Of a DNA stretch of 64,000 nucleotides, positions 25,960 through 45,570 are shown piece by piece; the stretch's first letter is position 1, and the number at the start of each line of letters is the position of its first letter. The translations under genes were made by a program, and so were the position numbers. The notes beneath the pieces are model-generated. The model ran no database searches and was not told the origin of the DNA. It saw nothing but the letters and a program-made list of their open reading frames with translations. The stretch lies in NCBI RefSeq assembly GCF_009914755.1, contig NC_060932.1; one strand, given 5' to 3'. Source of the DNA: the human T2T-CHM13v2.0 reference genome, Homo sapiens.

Positions 25960-26839
25960 ATTGTTCTCTGATGGCTTTATGTGTGTGCATTTCATATCAT
26001 TACCTGTCTTCAAAAAGTATTTTTTAATTCATTGTGTGCTTGATTAAAAAGAATACCTTAACATTATTTGGAATAAGTCAGACAAATTGAGAAGTAGAAA
26101 CCGAGACTTCAAAAATGAACACATGAATGTCCTTTACTGAAATTAAACCTGTTTGACTAAGTGAATCCAAATAAATGCATTTTCAAATATCAGATATATT
26201 AATGTGTTGCCAAAAAAAACACTTTTTTCATTAAAATGTTTGAAAATGTTTTCAAATGCCTGGATCAATTACAACTAAAAGAAAATAACATATTTTCAAA
26301 TTATAAATTATTTCACATAGTATCATGCAAAATTCAGTTTCCGGTTGCTAACTGATCACTCTAAGGAAACAAAAATCTACATTTCTAGACCTGAAGCTTG
26401 AGGGTTTTCTTTCCCAAACATAAAGTGGTGGTGGATATATCCTTCTTAGCTTAGCATTCTACTGATCACCAATATCTGATCTAAATGAATGGTTAATCTG
26501 AAATTTTCAAGTACAGGTGACTGTGATTATGTTAAGACAATGTCTGTAATATGAAGTGGGGTTCACCTTATAGGTGCTGTTCCTAAACACCTTGTCATTC
26601 CTTTAGGTAATCTTTGCTTCAAAGATAATGCCAGATAGAGTCCAGGAGGTGCTAAACCAACCAATTTGACAAAAACAAAGCTAGGAATGAAAATAGAATC
26701 TGAAAGTAAGGGGAGTAACACAGCTCTGACTTCATCCCTGACAGTGGCCCTCTATATTGGTAGGAAGGCACCTATCTGACTACATGCAATCATCATATTA
26801 TGATGACTCTAGGAGAGGCGTACCTCCATTTTGTGCTTA

Positions 26840-27590
26840 AAATCATTAGAGAAATGCAAATCAAAACCACAGTGAGATAACATCTCACACCAGTCAGAAT
26901 GGCAATTATTAAAAAGTCAAGAAACAAGAGATGCTGGTGAGGTTGTGGAGAACTAGGAACACTTTTACACTGTTGGTGGGAGTGTAAATTAGTTCAACCA
27001 TTGTGGAAGACAACGTGACGATTCCTCAAAGACCTAGAACCAGAAATACCATTTGACCCAGCAATCCCATTACTGGGTATACACCCAAAGGAATATAAAT
27101 CATTCTATTACAAAGATACATGCACATGTATGTTCTTGTAGCACTGTTCACAATAGCAAATACATGGAATCAACCAAAATGCCCATCAATGATAGACTAG
27201 ATAAAATGTGGTACATATACACCATGGAATACTATGCAGCCATAAAAAGGAATGAGATCACGTCCTTTGCAAGGACATGGATGGAGCTGGAAGCCATTAT
27301 CTTCAGCAAACTAACGCAGGAACAGAAAACCAAACACCACATGTTCTCACTTATAAGTGGGAGCTGAACAATGAGAGCATGTGGTCACAGAGAGGGGAAC
27401 AACACACAGTGGGGCCTATCAGGGGGTGGGGGGCAGTGAGAGAGCATTAGGAAAAATAGCTAGTGCATTCTGGCCTTAATACCTAGGTAATGGGTTGAGA
27501 GGTGCAGCAAACCACCACGGCACACATTTACCTATGCAACAAACCTGCACACCCTGCATATGTACCCTGGAACTTAAAAATAAAAATTTT
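26840..27590 (+). mobile_element. 5'-truncated L1PA (about PA10-13) 3' end
   Basis: ORF2 C-terminal remnant ([17 protein letters not shown]), 3'UTR and A-rich tail. Confidence 0.88.
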
Positions 27591-28336
27591 TAAAAGTTAA
27601 GAATTAGTGGTGGCCGTTACACATTTAACATGGTTTGAGTCAAGCAAAATTGTAGGGGTAAATGGCTTGGGCATCTTCACCAGCTTCTGGTGCAAAACCA
27701 CGTAATATTTCCTTTCTTTCTTTATTTTAAAAGATCCAAGTCTCAATCCCACCGATTGTCAGAAGACACAGTTTTTCTCTTTAGTTCTCCTCTTCCGATA
27801 TGTCCAAGGCATCAGTGGGTGTTTTTTCCACTCAAAGAAGGAATCTATACTTAACATTGTCATCACTCCTCTTCCCACTGTTCTGGACAATTCATAGAAC
27901 CACCTCAAGGGAAGATGGTCTCTAATTGTCATGGTTCATTATCAGAAACATGTTATTCTGACCTTAGATGCTGAGACATTCTAACCTCTGCTGGGAAGCT
28001 GTGCTTGCTGCCCTGACGTTTCTCTCTTCTTTTTCTGGAAGTGGGTGGACAAAATTCCTCCCACCTCACTACTATGCCCCAGCAGGGAATGACTTATGAC
28101 AGAAATAATAAAATTGCCCCCACGATCCACTTGTTGTGGAAGATTATCTTTCGTCAGTGGTGGAGAGGCAATTTGTCTTTATGGGACATGAGACCTTTCT
28201 TGAGAATGTCCCTGAAATCTCAGGTTTGTTCATTCCTAATTCAAACACTGGTAGCCCCTTATCTGGAGAATAACTGTCTCATTGGGGCACAGCATTTACA
28301 CCTGGACTTCGGGTGTTCTAGATGAGAATGTACATA

Positions 28337-28910
28337 GAGCAGGTCTTTTAATAACACTGTTTTGTTCAACATCACTTCATTATGAAGTCGATGAGAAAAA
28401 AATATAGATTCCCCATCTAGGTGGGGCTTGAATGTTCTTCCCATGTCTACATGGGTTTCTACAGGTACTTTTGTTTCCTCCCACACCCCAAAGCTGTGCA
28501 CCTTAGGTTAATTGGTGTGCTACACTGTCCCAGTCTGAGTGAGTGTGGCTGTGTGTGAGCGTACCTTGCAATGGGATGGCCTCCTGTCCCAGGCTGGTTC
28601 ATGCCTTTCATCCTGAGTTGCTGGGACAGGCTCCAGCCGCCTGTGACCCTGAAATGAATAATCGTGTAAATAATTATGTTACTTATGTTTATTATTTTTT
28701 AAAATGTATATTAGCTTACATTTATTTCAGTGTTTTGAGTCTTTATTTAGAAGTTAAATGATTGATGTTTTGTGGTCAGAAATATACTGTAGAAATTTAA
28801 CTCTTATTTATATTAATTAGCATAAGCTACAATTGGTTTTGTTACATGTTCTTTCAATTAATATCACAGTTTCTAAGAACCTATTGATGATGTTAAGTGA
28901 GGACTTATTG
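28337..28910. mobile_element. MER6A-like Tigger-family DNA element
   Basis: Terminus ttctaagaacctattgatgatgttaagtgaggacttattg matches the recalled MER6 end; ~575 bp. Confidence 0.75.
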
Positions 28911-31020
28911 TGCCTCAGAAGGTGGCAGAGTTCTTTCCCTTCCCAGTGAAATCATGAACCAATAAACAAATTCTCATAGGACCTTAGACATGGAAATCAG
29001 TTGGCTTCAATTTGAAAGCCCTGACTGTCTAAAACAAGGGGATACTTAATTCAACTTCATGTCTATAAGGGAGGGACATTCATTCTTTAGTGCTCTGCTC
29101 ATGCCCTCATGCCCAGCTCTCAGTGACAACATCCCAAGTTTATGCAGCCTGCATTGGAGCACCCAAGAAATCTGTCAGCATCTGGAAAGGTCCCCAGAGG
29201 AAGCATGGGATGAACTGCTAGAGAAGATGACTGTCCCCAGCAGGACTCAGCACCAGCATCTCTTAATTCCCATATTCCTAAAAGCCATTGACTCAATTCA
29301 GAAAGAATGGTCCTCCTCCAATGCTACCTGTCATTTTATCATGAAAACCCACAATCAACTCTTATTCACTTATAGAAATTTGCTAGAACCTTTTAATTCT
29401 GTCAACTAAAAACATAACAGTCTTTTAAATATGTTTCACATACAGAAAATGCATTCCAATAAAAGGTATCTTCTTTGCACTCTCTCTACTTTTTGGCTCC
29501 AATTAGATTATACACTATTGAAGTCCAGAAAGCCCAACCTTTCATTTTCAGTCTTCTTCTCTGTGGAACCTACTATATTAACTGCATTAACCTGACTGAC
29601 CTTTGTTAAATATTGATTGAATCAAATTAAGTTGAAGAACAGCCTCTCTCCGTGTGAGATTTTAGAATTAAAAACACAGTGTTTACATGGTGAACTTGGG
29701 GGCATATTTCTAGGGACTCAAGCTTCGGTTTGAGAATAGTGAATTTTATTCCCAATGAGATAAGCTACTGAATAGCTTTACTCATTCAGTGCAAGTGAAG
29801 GGATGTGAAACACAGGACAGCAATCATCCAATGCTGATCTCTGGGTCAACCAGGTTCCAAAGGTATTGTCACTGCAAACCTTATTCCATTAAGGCTTCGA
29901 GATTATTGGGGACCAGGACATCTCCTTGCATAGAGACTATGGCCATATCTTCCTCAGCACGTACAAGACTTAACCTATTATCTATGCCCCCAAATCCATA
30001 CCCACTCTCCTTTGCCCCACATTATCTCACTCTTGACTGATATTTACTCTAGACTGTCCCCACTCCTCGTCCATCCTACTGTTTCCCTCCATGCTCACAT
30101 CTCAATACGGGACAACAGTTCAGGGTCTTCCCATTGTCAACAAAATGGTCAGTGTCATGACTTGTAGATCCCCTCCCATAATCAAGGATCATCTACCTTC
30201 TCAGTCTCATTTCCATTTTCTTGCCTACATATAAGTCAAATGCAGCTACAGGTCATTCCTGTAATGCAGCAGGTCCCTCACACTGCTCTACATTTCCCTG
30301 TGCTGATTCACTGGATAGGATGCCTGCACCTGATTATCCACCAATCACCTGCTTATCTTTACAACCACACAGAAATCACCTTCAAGGGGGCCCCTGTCCT
30401 ATACTTCCCAGGCAGAAGAGGCACTCGGTTCACAGATTCCCCTCTAGACTCCTCTGCCAGCATGCTTATAGCATGGCCTTACACCTTCAGCAGATATTGC
30501 ATTTATTGCTTCTCTTTTCCATTTTAGGGAACGGCAAGCTTTCTAAAGTCATCTTCTTAGATGCCCCCAGATTTTCTCTTCAGCTTTAATTCTATCAGTG
30601 GCTGCTTGTTGTTTAGATCATATATGCTTTACCAGCCAATGTTCTCCTAATATTGATCTCTGTCATCTATTGATTAGGGAGGGTGAGTCATGGAACCTCT
30701 TTGAATTCTGGTTTCTTCACTTCTAAAATGAACTTAATATTATCACTTAAAATATTAGAGTGAAAATAGAAAAAAATAACTTTAATAAGTTGTCTACCAC
30801 AATTTTTTTATTATTATTATACTTCAAGTGTTAGGGTACATGTGCACAATGTGCAGGTTAGTTACATATGTATACATGTGCCATGTTGGTGTGCTGCACC
30901 CATCAACTCATCATTTAGCATTAGGTATATCTCCTAATGCTATCCCTCCCCCCTCCCCCCACCCCACACCAGTCCCCAGAGTGTGATGTTCCCCTTCCTG
31001 TGTCCATGTGATCTCATTGT

Positions 31021-34840
<3,820 letters not shown>

Positions 34841-34903
34841 TATGATGTTAGCTGTTTATTTTGCTCATTAGTTGATGCAGTTTCTTCCTAGTCTTGATGG
34901 TCT

Positions 34904-35911
34904 TTACATTTTGGCATGATTTTGCAGCAGCTGGTACCACTTGTTCCTTTCCATGTTTAGCGCTTCCTTCAGGAGCTCTTTTAGGGCAGGCCTGGTGGTG
35001 ACAAAATCTCTCAGCATTTGCTTGTCTGTAAAGGATTTTATTTCTCCTTCACTTATGAAGCTTAGTTTGGCTGGATATGAAATTCTGGGTTGAAAATTCT
35101 TTTCTTTAAGAATGTTGAATATTGGCCCCCACTTTCTTCTGGCTTGTAGAGTTTCTGCTGAGAGATCCACTGTTAGTCTGATGGGCTTCCCTTTGAGGGT
35201 AACCCGACCTTTCTCTCTGGCTGCCCTTAACATTTTTTCCTTCATTTCAACTTTGGTGAATCTGACAATTATGTGTCTTGGAGTTGCTGTTCTCGAGGAG
35301 TATCTTTGTGGCATTCTCTGTATTTCCTGAATCTGAATGTTGGCCTGCCTTGTTAGATTAGGGCAGTTCTCCTGGATAATATCCTGAAGAGTGTTTTCCA
35401 ACTTGGTTCCATTCTGCTCGTCACTTTCAGGTACACGAATCAGAGGTAGATTTGGTCTTTTCACATAGTCCCATATTTCTTGGAGGCTTTGCTCATTTCT
35501 TTGTATTCTTTTTTCTCTAAACTTCCCTTCTCGCTTCATTTCATTCATTTCATCTTCCATCGCTGATACCCTTTCTTCCAGTTGATCGCATCGGCTCCTG
35601 AGGCTTCTGCATTCTTCACGTAGTTCTCGAGCCTTGGTTTTCAGCTCCATCAGCTCCTTTAAGCACTTCTCTGTATTGGTTATTCTAGTTATACATTCTT
35701 CTAAATTTTTTTCAACTTCTTTGCCTTTGGTTTGAATGTCCTCCTGTAGCTCGGAGTAATTTGATTGTCTGAAGCCTTCTTCTCTCAGCTCGTCAAAGTC
35801 ATTCTCCATCCAGCTTTGTTCTGTTGCTGGTGAGGAACTGCGTTCCTTTGGAGGAGGAGAGGCGCTCTGCTTTTTAGAGTTTCCAGTTTTTCTGCTCTGT
35901 TTTTTCCCCAT
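34904..35911 (-). CDS. ORF1: L1 ORF1p (RNA-binding chaperone), open, 335 aa
   Basis: MGKKQSRKTGNSK...QNHAKM; REKG, ARR and YPAKLS motifs retained; 3-aa in-frame deletion in the coiled coil versus the 338-aa consensus. Confidence 0.92.
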   Translation of the reverse strand: MGKKQSRKTGNSKKQSASPPPKERSSSPATEQSWMENDFDELREEGFRQSNYSELQEDIQTKGKEVEKNLEECITRITNTEKCLKELMELKTKARELREECRSLRSRCDQLEERVSAMEDEMNEMKREGKFREKRIQRNEQSLQEIWDYVKRPNLPLIRVPESDEQNGTKLENTLQDIIQENCPNLTRQANIQIQEIQRMPQRYSSRTATPRHIIVRFTKVEMKEKMLRAAREKGRVTLKGKPIRLTVDLSAETLQARRKWGPIFNILKEKNFQPRISYPAKLSFISEGEIKSFTDKQMLRDFVTTRPALKELLKEALNMERNKWYQLLQNHAKM

Positions 35912-36360
35912 CTTTGTGGTTTTATCTACTTTTGGTCTTTGATGATGGTGATGTACAGATGGGTTTTTGGTGTGGATGTCCTTTCTTTTTGTTAGTTTTC
36001 CCTCTAACAGACAGGACCCTCAGCTGCAGGTCTGTTGGAGTACCCGGCTGTGTGAGGTGTCAGTCTGCCCCTGCTAGGGGGTGCCTCCCAGTTAGGCTGC
36101 TCGGAAGTCAGGGACCCACTTGAGGAGGCAGTCTGCCCGTTCTCAGATCTCCAGCTCCATGCTGGGAGAACCACTGGTCTCTTCAAAGCTGTCAGACAGG
36201 GACATTTAAGTTTGCAGAGGTTACTGCTGTCTTTTTGTTTGTCTGTGCCCTGCCCCCCAGAGGTGGAGCCTACAGAGGCAGGAAGGCCTCCTTGAGCTGT
36301 GGTGGGCTCCACCCAGTTGGAGCTTCCCGGCTGCTTTGTTTACCTAAGCAAGCCTGGGCA

Positions 36361-36669
36361 ATGGCAGGCGCCCTTCCCCCAGCCTCGCTGCCGCCTTGCA
36401 GTTTGATCTCAGACTGCTGCGCTAGCAACCAGTGAGACTCCGTGGGCGTAGGACCCTCCGAGCCAGGTGCGGGATATAATCTCCTGGTGCGCCGTTTTTT
36501 AAGCCCGTTGGAAAAGCGCAGTATTCTGGTGGTAGTGACCCGATTTTCCAGGTGCCGTCTGTCACCCCTTTGTTTGACTAGGAAAGGGACCTCCCTGACC
36601 CCTTGCACTTTCCGAGTGAGGCAATGCCTCGCCCTGCTTTGGCTTGCACACGGTGCGTGCACCCACTGA
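36361..36669 (+). pseudogene. ORF0: L1 ORF0 / antisense-promoter region, ORF0 interrupted by a premature stop
   Basis: MAGALPPASLPPCSLISDCCASNQ* (TGA 36433-36435, likely CGA>TGA), then in-frame GVGPSEPGAGYNLLVRRF... Confidence 0.75.
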
Positions 36670-36809
36670 CCTGTGCCCACTGTCTGGCGCTCCCTAGTGA
36701 GATGAACCTGGTACCTCAGATGGAAATGCAGAAATCACCCGTCTTCTGCGTCACTCACACTGGGAGCTGTAGACCGGAGCTGTTCCTGTTCGGCCATCTT
36801 GGCTCCTCG

Positions 36810-37302
36810 GAACTCATCATTTTTTATGGCTGCATGGTATTCCATGGTGTATATGTGCCACATTTTCTTAATCCAGTCTATCACTGTTGGACATTTGGGT
36901 TGGTTCCAAGTCTTTGCTATTGTGAATAGTGCCACGATAAACATATGTGTGCATGTGTCTTTATAGCAGCATGGTGGACAAAGGATATGAACAGACACTT
37001 CTCAAAAGAAGACATTTATACAGCCAAAAAACACATGAAAAAATGCTCATCATCACTGGCCATCAGAGAAATGCAAATCCAAACCACAATGAGATACCAT
37101 CTCACACCAGTTAGAATGGAGATCATTAAAAAGTCAGGAAACAACAGGTGCTGGAGAGGATGTGGAAAAATAGGAACACTTTTACACAGTTGGTGGGACT
37201 GTAAACTAGTTCAACCATTGTGGAAGTCAGTGTGGCGATTCCTCAGGGATCTAGATCTAGAAATACCATTTGACCCAGCCATCCCATTACTGGGTATATA
37301 CC
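36810..37302. mobile_element. Extra L1 ORF2-3' sequence beyond the 5' end of the full-length L1: element-sense piece 36810-36973 (- strand) and inverted piece 36974-37302 (+ strand)
   Basis: 36810-36973 repeats 31129-31292; TSD TACCACAAT at 37299-37307 matches 30795-30803. Confidence 0.9.
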
Positions 37303-37466
37303 ACAATGTTTTGTGATTGTAAACGCTCAACATACCATTAGGTTATTTAACAAATATTCAGTTTAGGCCAAGCAATGCAAAATATTAAGAAAAATCAGAC
37401 CCAACCTGTGACCTCATTGAGTGTACAACTAACTGGAAGAGATAGACAATAGTTACATTATTACAG

Positions 37467-37469
<3 letters not shown>

Positions 37470-37505
<36 letters not shown>
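37470..37505. repeat. (CA)18 microsatellite; a second interrupted CA tract lies at ~37720-37760
   Basis: Directly visible. Confidence 0.95.
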
Positions 37506-37507
<2 letters not shown>

Positions 37508-37783
37508 TGTAAGAGAAATACCATCTTTCTTAGAAGAGGAACTTTGTGTTACAGAAATTATAATAAGGGTCATCCCTGACCCTAGTGTAGGGTCAGGAAA
37601 GGCTTCCTCAGGAAACTGATGGCTGAAGGATAAATAAAACACAGCTGAAACGAATAGAACATTCTCCTTTTTTTCTGTTCTGATTCCCACTTCTTAGGAA
37701 GCCAAAGAGGCACACTTGTGCACACACACATACACAGGCGCACACACACACACACAGACACTCCTTATGCCCAGTCCTCTACA

Positions 37784-37996
37784 CCAGCTTTGTCTGATAG
37801 AACTTCCTGTAGTGACAGAAATGTTCTATATCTGCACTGACCAACACAGTAACCACTAACTCTTTGTGGCTACTGTGTTCTTAAAATGCAGCTGATGAGA
37901 CTTCAGAACTGAAATTTTTATTTTATTTATTTTAGTTAAGTGTAAACATAAAGAGCCACACGCATCTGTAGGCTACCACACTGGACAGTGAAGTTC
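37784..37996. mobile_element. MER3 (hAT-Charlie) element
   Basis: tgtctgatagaacttcctgtagtgacagaaatgttctatatctgcac ... ggctaccacactggacagtg. Confidence 0.75.
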
Positions 37997-38454
37997 TAGA
38001 CTATTTCCTTTCCAAATCTCAGACACTGCTTGATTCATGATGGGTACTAACACACACTAACTCCAGGCGGTTTTGCGGAAACAGGATGTTAGAAAGTCAT
38101 CTTGGCACCTTTTATTCAGAGTGAAAGTGACATACACTGACTCAAATCAACTCTAACTGATTCATTTGTCTGGGACAAGTTGCCACACCAGAGCACGAAC
38201 TCACCCTCAAGACTTCTCACAAAGAATAACAAATATGCCATCATGTTTTCCATTAAATGAGCACTAAAAACTAACTAGTTCTTCCCTTTTCCTCCTATGT
38301 CACTATACACAGGAATTCACTCAGTTAACATTCGATGATGATTTCCCATGTACAAGGCTCTAGGGTAGACATTGATAAAGAAAATGAAGAAGATGTCTCT
38401 GTCCTCAAAGAGCTTTAACATTTGGAGGTACAAGGATGAGCAATTAAATCAGAG

Positions 38455-38765
38455 CTTGGGTGGGGCCAGTTGGGAGGACTCACTGGGGATGGCTACACGA
38501 AATGAGATACAGAAGACGAAATAGCCCCTTCCAGTCACTGACAGGGATTGTGGTGTAGGCCCCCATTAGTTTTGAGGGTTTGCCTATGGGATTGGGCCCC
38601 ACCTCTTGTGGTGGTCTCTGGTCCCATTATGCACCATGGGTTGCCTTCCTGCATTTTCCTCCCTCCACCACTCTTACAAAAGTACTTCATGGCTCACCTT
38701 CCAAATACACCACTGACCTGCAAACCTGTGTCTTAGGACATGCTTCTAAGGGAACCTAATAAAGA
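38455..38765 (+). mobile_element. LTR16-like ERVL LTR remnant
   Basis: 3' end motif tgtcttaggacatgcttctaagggaacctaa. Confidence 0.45.
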
Positions 38766-39129
38766 GTAAAGAAATGGTAATCACTAAACATGCAATTTCA
38801 TGGGCTGACAAATTTTCAAGCAGTAGCAACATATGATTGTTTTTATTTCTTTTTTCTCTCATTTACCATGTTAGGACATTTAAAGAACAGCAAAGTATCA
38901 TCAATAAACAAAAGGATTTCTTTGAAGGACATATAATTGTTCAGCCTTCCAAAATGCACAAAAAAGGAAAAGATGAAAATTACACACTATTAGTAGAGGA
39001 GAAAATAATTTTCAAGAGGACAGTTATCTGTTTTTGCCCTTGTCTTTCCCATCTCACTGTGGAACAATAAGAACTCTGTCACAGATGGGCATATGTCCCT
39101 TGGACTGTGCTTAGGAAGTATTGAAATAG

Positions 39130-40060
39130 AAAAACAAAGAGGGATAGAATGCAATGGAGGAAATAATGAAAATAATAGGGCAGCCTATGGAGGTCTTTTG
39201 ACTTGAAAGGAAATGAGTGCTCAAAGGGCTATCAGCTTTGATGATTACAGGGTGAGACGTGTGCTGGGTGTGCAGTATATATTCTCTCTTTGGTGTATCA
39301 GAAGAAGGCCTGGATTGGGGTGGTGGTGATAGAACTCGAGAGAAGAGGGTAAGTCCAAGAGATGTTTCAGAAGCAAAAGGCTGATCTACTGCAGAGAGAA
39401 AAGCAGAAGGATGAGTCCAGGATGATTCCCAAGTCTCTGTTTTGGGTGAGGGATGGATAATAGTGTTGTTGTACAGAATCTATTATACAAGAGAAGAAAG
39501 TTTAGAAGAGAAGATAAGGAATGTCTGGGGAACAATCAGATTGAAATATTTTGTTCTGTAGGAAACTTGTGTGTGTGGCGGGGAGTTGGGGGGTGTGTTT
39601 TTGCAGAGAGAAAGAGACAGATTGGAGCCTTCTCTAGAACATTGGTCCTCAGTTCTTATCCAGAAGCCATTTTGCCCCTCTAGGGACATTTGGGAATATG
39701 TGGAGATGTTTCCATTGGAGAGGGTGCTACTGGTATCTAGTAGGACATGGGTAGAAGCCAAGAATGCGTAACAAATAATTCTACAGTGTCAAATGTCAAC
39801 AGTGCAGAGAGTGAGAAAGTTTGTTCTACCATTAACATGAGACAAATGAAAGAACACCAATTGTGAGATAAGACAGACCTGGATTGGAATCTCAGCTCTA
39901 CCACTTACTTGTGGTGTGACCTGGAGAGTGAGATTTGTTTTCCTGGAGACCCAGTTTCTATATATGGGAAAATGATGATGACACCATTGCTGCAAATGCT
40001 ACATGAAATCATGAACAAGAAATTTATAGATGCATATAGGTGCTTATAAAATGCTTCATT
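39130..40060. mobile_element. L2 fragment (-, ~39130-39560), MER20-like element (~39636-39826) and MIR (+, ~39860-40060)
   Basis: Degenerate family motifs (gtccaggatgattcccaagtctctg; cattttgcccctctagggacatttgg; cagacctggattggaatctcagctctaccacttact). Confidence 0.6.
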
Positions 40061-40615
40061 TCTTTTCCTTATATTTAAAACCCATAAATGAGCAATAAAG
40101 TAGGTCCTAGACGTATTAACAGCTTCTATTTCCCATAATGTGACATGGTTATTTCTTTATCTATGTGTAAGTTTTTCCAGCAGAGAAAAACTATAGTAAA
40201 GCTGAGGTGGAATTCCTCCGAATCCCCATGCCTTCCCTTGAATACGTTTCCCTCTCATGGTGTCAACTGTCAATGCATTCATTGCATTATACGTTTATTT
40301 CCCAAAGTCTAGACAATAAGCTCCTGGAGGCTAGAGACTATATTGTATTCAACTTGTATCTTCATCGCTTTTCCTAATGCCTGGGATGTGGTAGATATCC
40401 AGTAAACATTTATTAATGAATAATTAGCTATGAATAGTTTAATTTCCTGTAAATAATTACCAAAAGCACTCCACCTTGTTCTCTCCTTGAACCCATCCCA
40501 TTTTATCATCTTAATTTCATACCTCAATTTTATACCTTATAAATTAACTAGTGTTTTGTGTTTTATTTGATATTTCAAATTTATCAAACTTGGCTTTATT
40601 TGCTTTCTCCACTAA

Positions 40616-41012
<397 letters not shown>

Positions 41013-41207
41013 TGAAACTTTATAGTAATCTTTGACTCCTTCCTTTTGATGGCAGCTGTATCTAAACAGCCACTGAGGTCCATGAGGAAACTGTTCATGC
41101 AGTCTCATCAAGGTAAACAATGCCCCTTCCATTCTCACTGGCTTCACTACAGCACATGAGCTTAAACATGAGCTCCAGCACAACGGTACTAGTCTCTATA
41201 AAAGATG

Positions 41208-43512
<2,305 letters not shown>

Positions 43513-43739
43513 GAGATGATGACTTCTGGGAAAAGTTTGGTCTCAGCATCCTGCCCAAGACCCTTCATGATCTGTCTGTCCCCATCTTAACATTTTCAAC
43601 CCCCAATGTGCAAACAATCTGCTCTCCAAACAATCTGGTCTGCAAACAATCTGGTCACTCTCACATTTACTATCCTTTGATTCTGTTTCTCTGTATCTAC
43701 ACTTGGAGAATGATGGTCTGGTCAACAATTACCAGTGAT

Positions 43740-45570
43740 GACCATCCCTATATGGTTATGTTACTTGACCCTTAAGCAGCATTTGAAAGACTGACCATTT
43801 CTTCCTATTTGAAACATTTTTCTTGATGATAGACACTCTTGCTTTTTTCCTTTACTTCATTCGCTGAAGGTTCTCAGTCTCCACTGGCAGTGTAGCCTCC
43901 TCCTTTCAGCTTCTACAAGGCGGTGGGCACAGAGTTCAGTCCAGTCCCCCAGCCCCTTTTATTACTAACTCTCTTGAGATTACTTCATTCACTCCCTTGG
44001 GTTTAGGGGTTATCTATTTGTGAGAGTCAGTGTGGTAGAAACTGCTGATTATCTACTCAGTAGCCAATCCCTCTTTTATTTATATCAGAATCCTGATTTT
44101 ATTAAGGATGGCAATATATCCAGATTTTTCTGTTTCACAGCATCCCTTACAGATAGGCACAACCTATAGGACATAAAATAATAAAAAGTAGAAGTTGTTG
44201 GATTGAGTCTCTAGGGAAGCCTTTTATCATTTCTTACACTTCTTCCTGGGCGTAACTCCTACCTGAAACACAGGTAAGAGGGCTAGAGCTCCAGAAATCA
44301 TCTTTGACCACGAAGCCAGCTTCAGTGACGAAACCACTTAATATGATTTATAGAGAAGAAAGATAAAATGAGCTTTAGTCCTTGGTAATACTGAACCCCT
44401 AAGTCAGCTCAAGACTCCCTACCTTTGGGTATTAATGTGAGATAACAGTAAACTTCCCTTTTGTTTAAATGATTGTTATTTTCATCTCTGTTGCTATCAG
44501 CCCATGACAATTTCTAAGTGATACACACACCCAGTTTTAGATCTACATTTCTAAACTCCATCTAGAATTATCAACTTTTACATAAAAGTCCTAATAAATG
44601 TCCAATATACCTCTCAGAAAAAAATATAGATAAAATGAAACTCATGTTTTCTTCTGGAAGACATGCTCCATCTGCAGTCTTCCCCATATGGGTAAATTAT
44701 TCCATCTACCCTACCTATCTGGATAACTGCTCCAGGGTTATTCTTGATTCTTTGTTTTTGTTCATCTTCTTCAAATCATTTCTACCCACAAGCCATCACA
44801 ATCATTCCTTGTCCAAGCTCATCCCAATATGTATTGATTTCTCTTTGTTGTCACTTGCACAGTCTAGTCCAAGTCATCATTCTCTTTTCCTGACTGCCAT
44901 GACAGCCTCTTCACTGATGTCCTTGTTTCCACCTCCCCTTGTTGAACATCCAATCTCTATGCAGCAGCTAGAGCAATTTTAACACAGACATGCTTTTATA
45001 CAATCCCTTTGCTGAAAACCCTTCAGGGACCTTCTACTGTAGTCAGAACCACACAGCCCGAACTGAGATGCCTCCTGCTAGTATATACCTTAAACCTCAT
45101 CCCAAACCACTCGCCCTCTGCTATGCCTCCACTCCACTGCCTTTATTGTGAAAGCTAGGGCGCTAACATTCTTTCTCAGCATGTGTCATTTATTGGCGCT
45201 AGCCATGCCCCCTTCCAGGAATGCTTCTTCCCCAATCTGTGTGTGCACCCAGCTCCTACTTTATAATCAGAACTAAGCTGGAAAGTTATCTTCTCCATGA
45301 AGCCTCCCTGATCACTTATTCAAAACCGCCGCCAATCACTTCCTATCTCATCACCTTATTGTAATTCTCTGCACACCATTCATTATTTTATATCGTTTTT
45401 CCTTTTTATTTATTTTAGCTTATTTAATATCTTTCTTTCCCACATTAAATGTAAGCTCCCTCAGAGCAGGGACTTTGTCTCTCCCATTTGCTTGTGTATC
45501 CCTAGCTCCTAGAACAGGGATAGCAAACTAATGGTACCACACAAAATGTTTTTTGAGTAAAGGAATGAGA
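43740..45570 (+). mobile_element. L2 fragments interrupted by an MLT1J/K-like LTR (~44031-44525)
   Basis: L2 motifs (gcagcatttgaaagactgacca, aaatgtaagctccctcagagcagggactttgtct); LTR start tgtggtaga. Confidence 0.65.

Noticed and set aside
29059-30589. 116-aa and 122-aa ORFs in non-Alu/L1 sequence
   Set aside because: No homology recognised and no convincing splice signals; the lengths are compatible with chance or ancient repeat decay.
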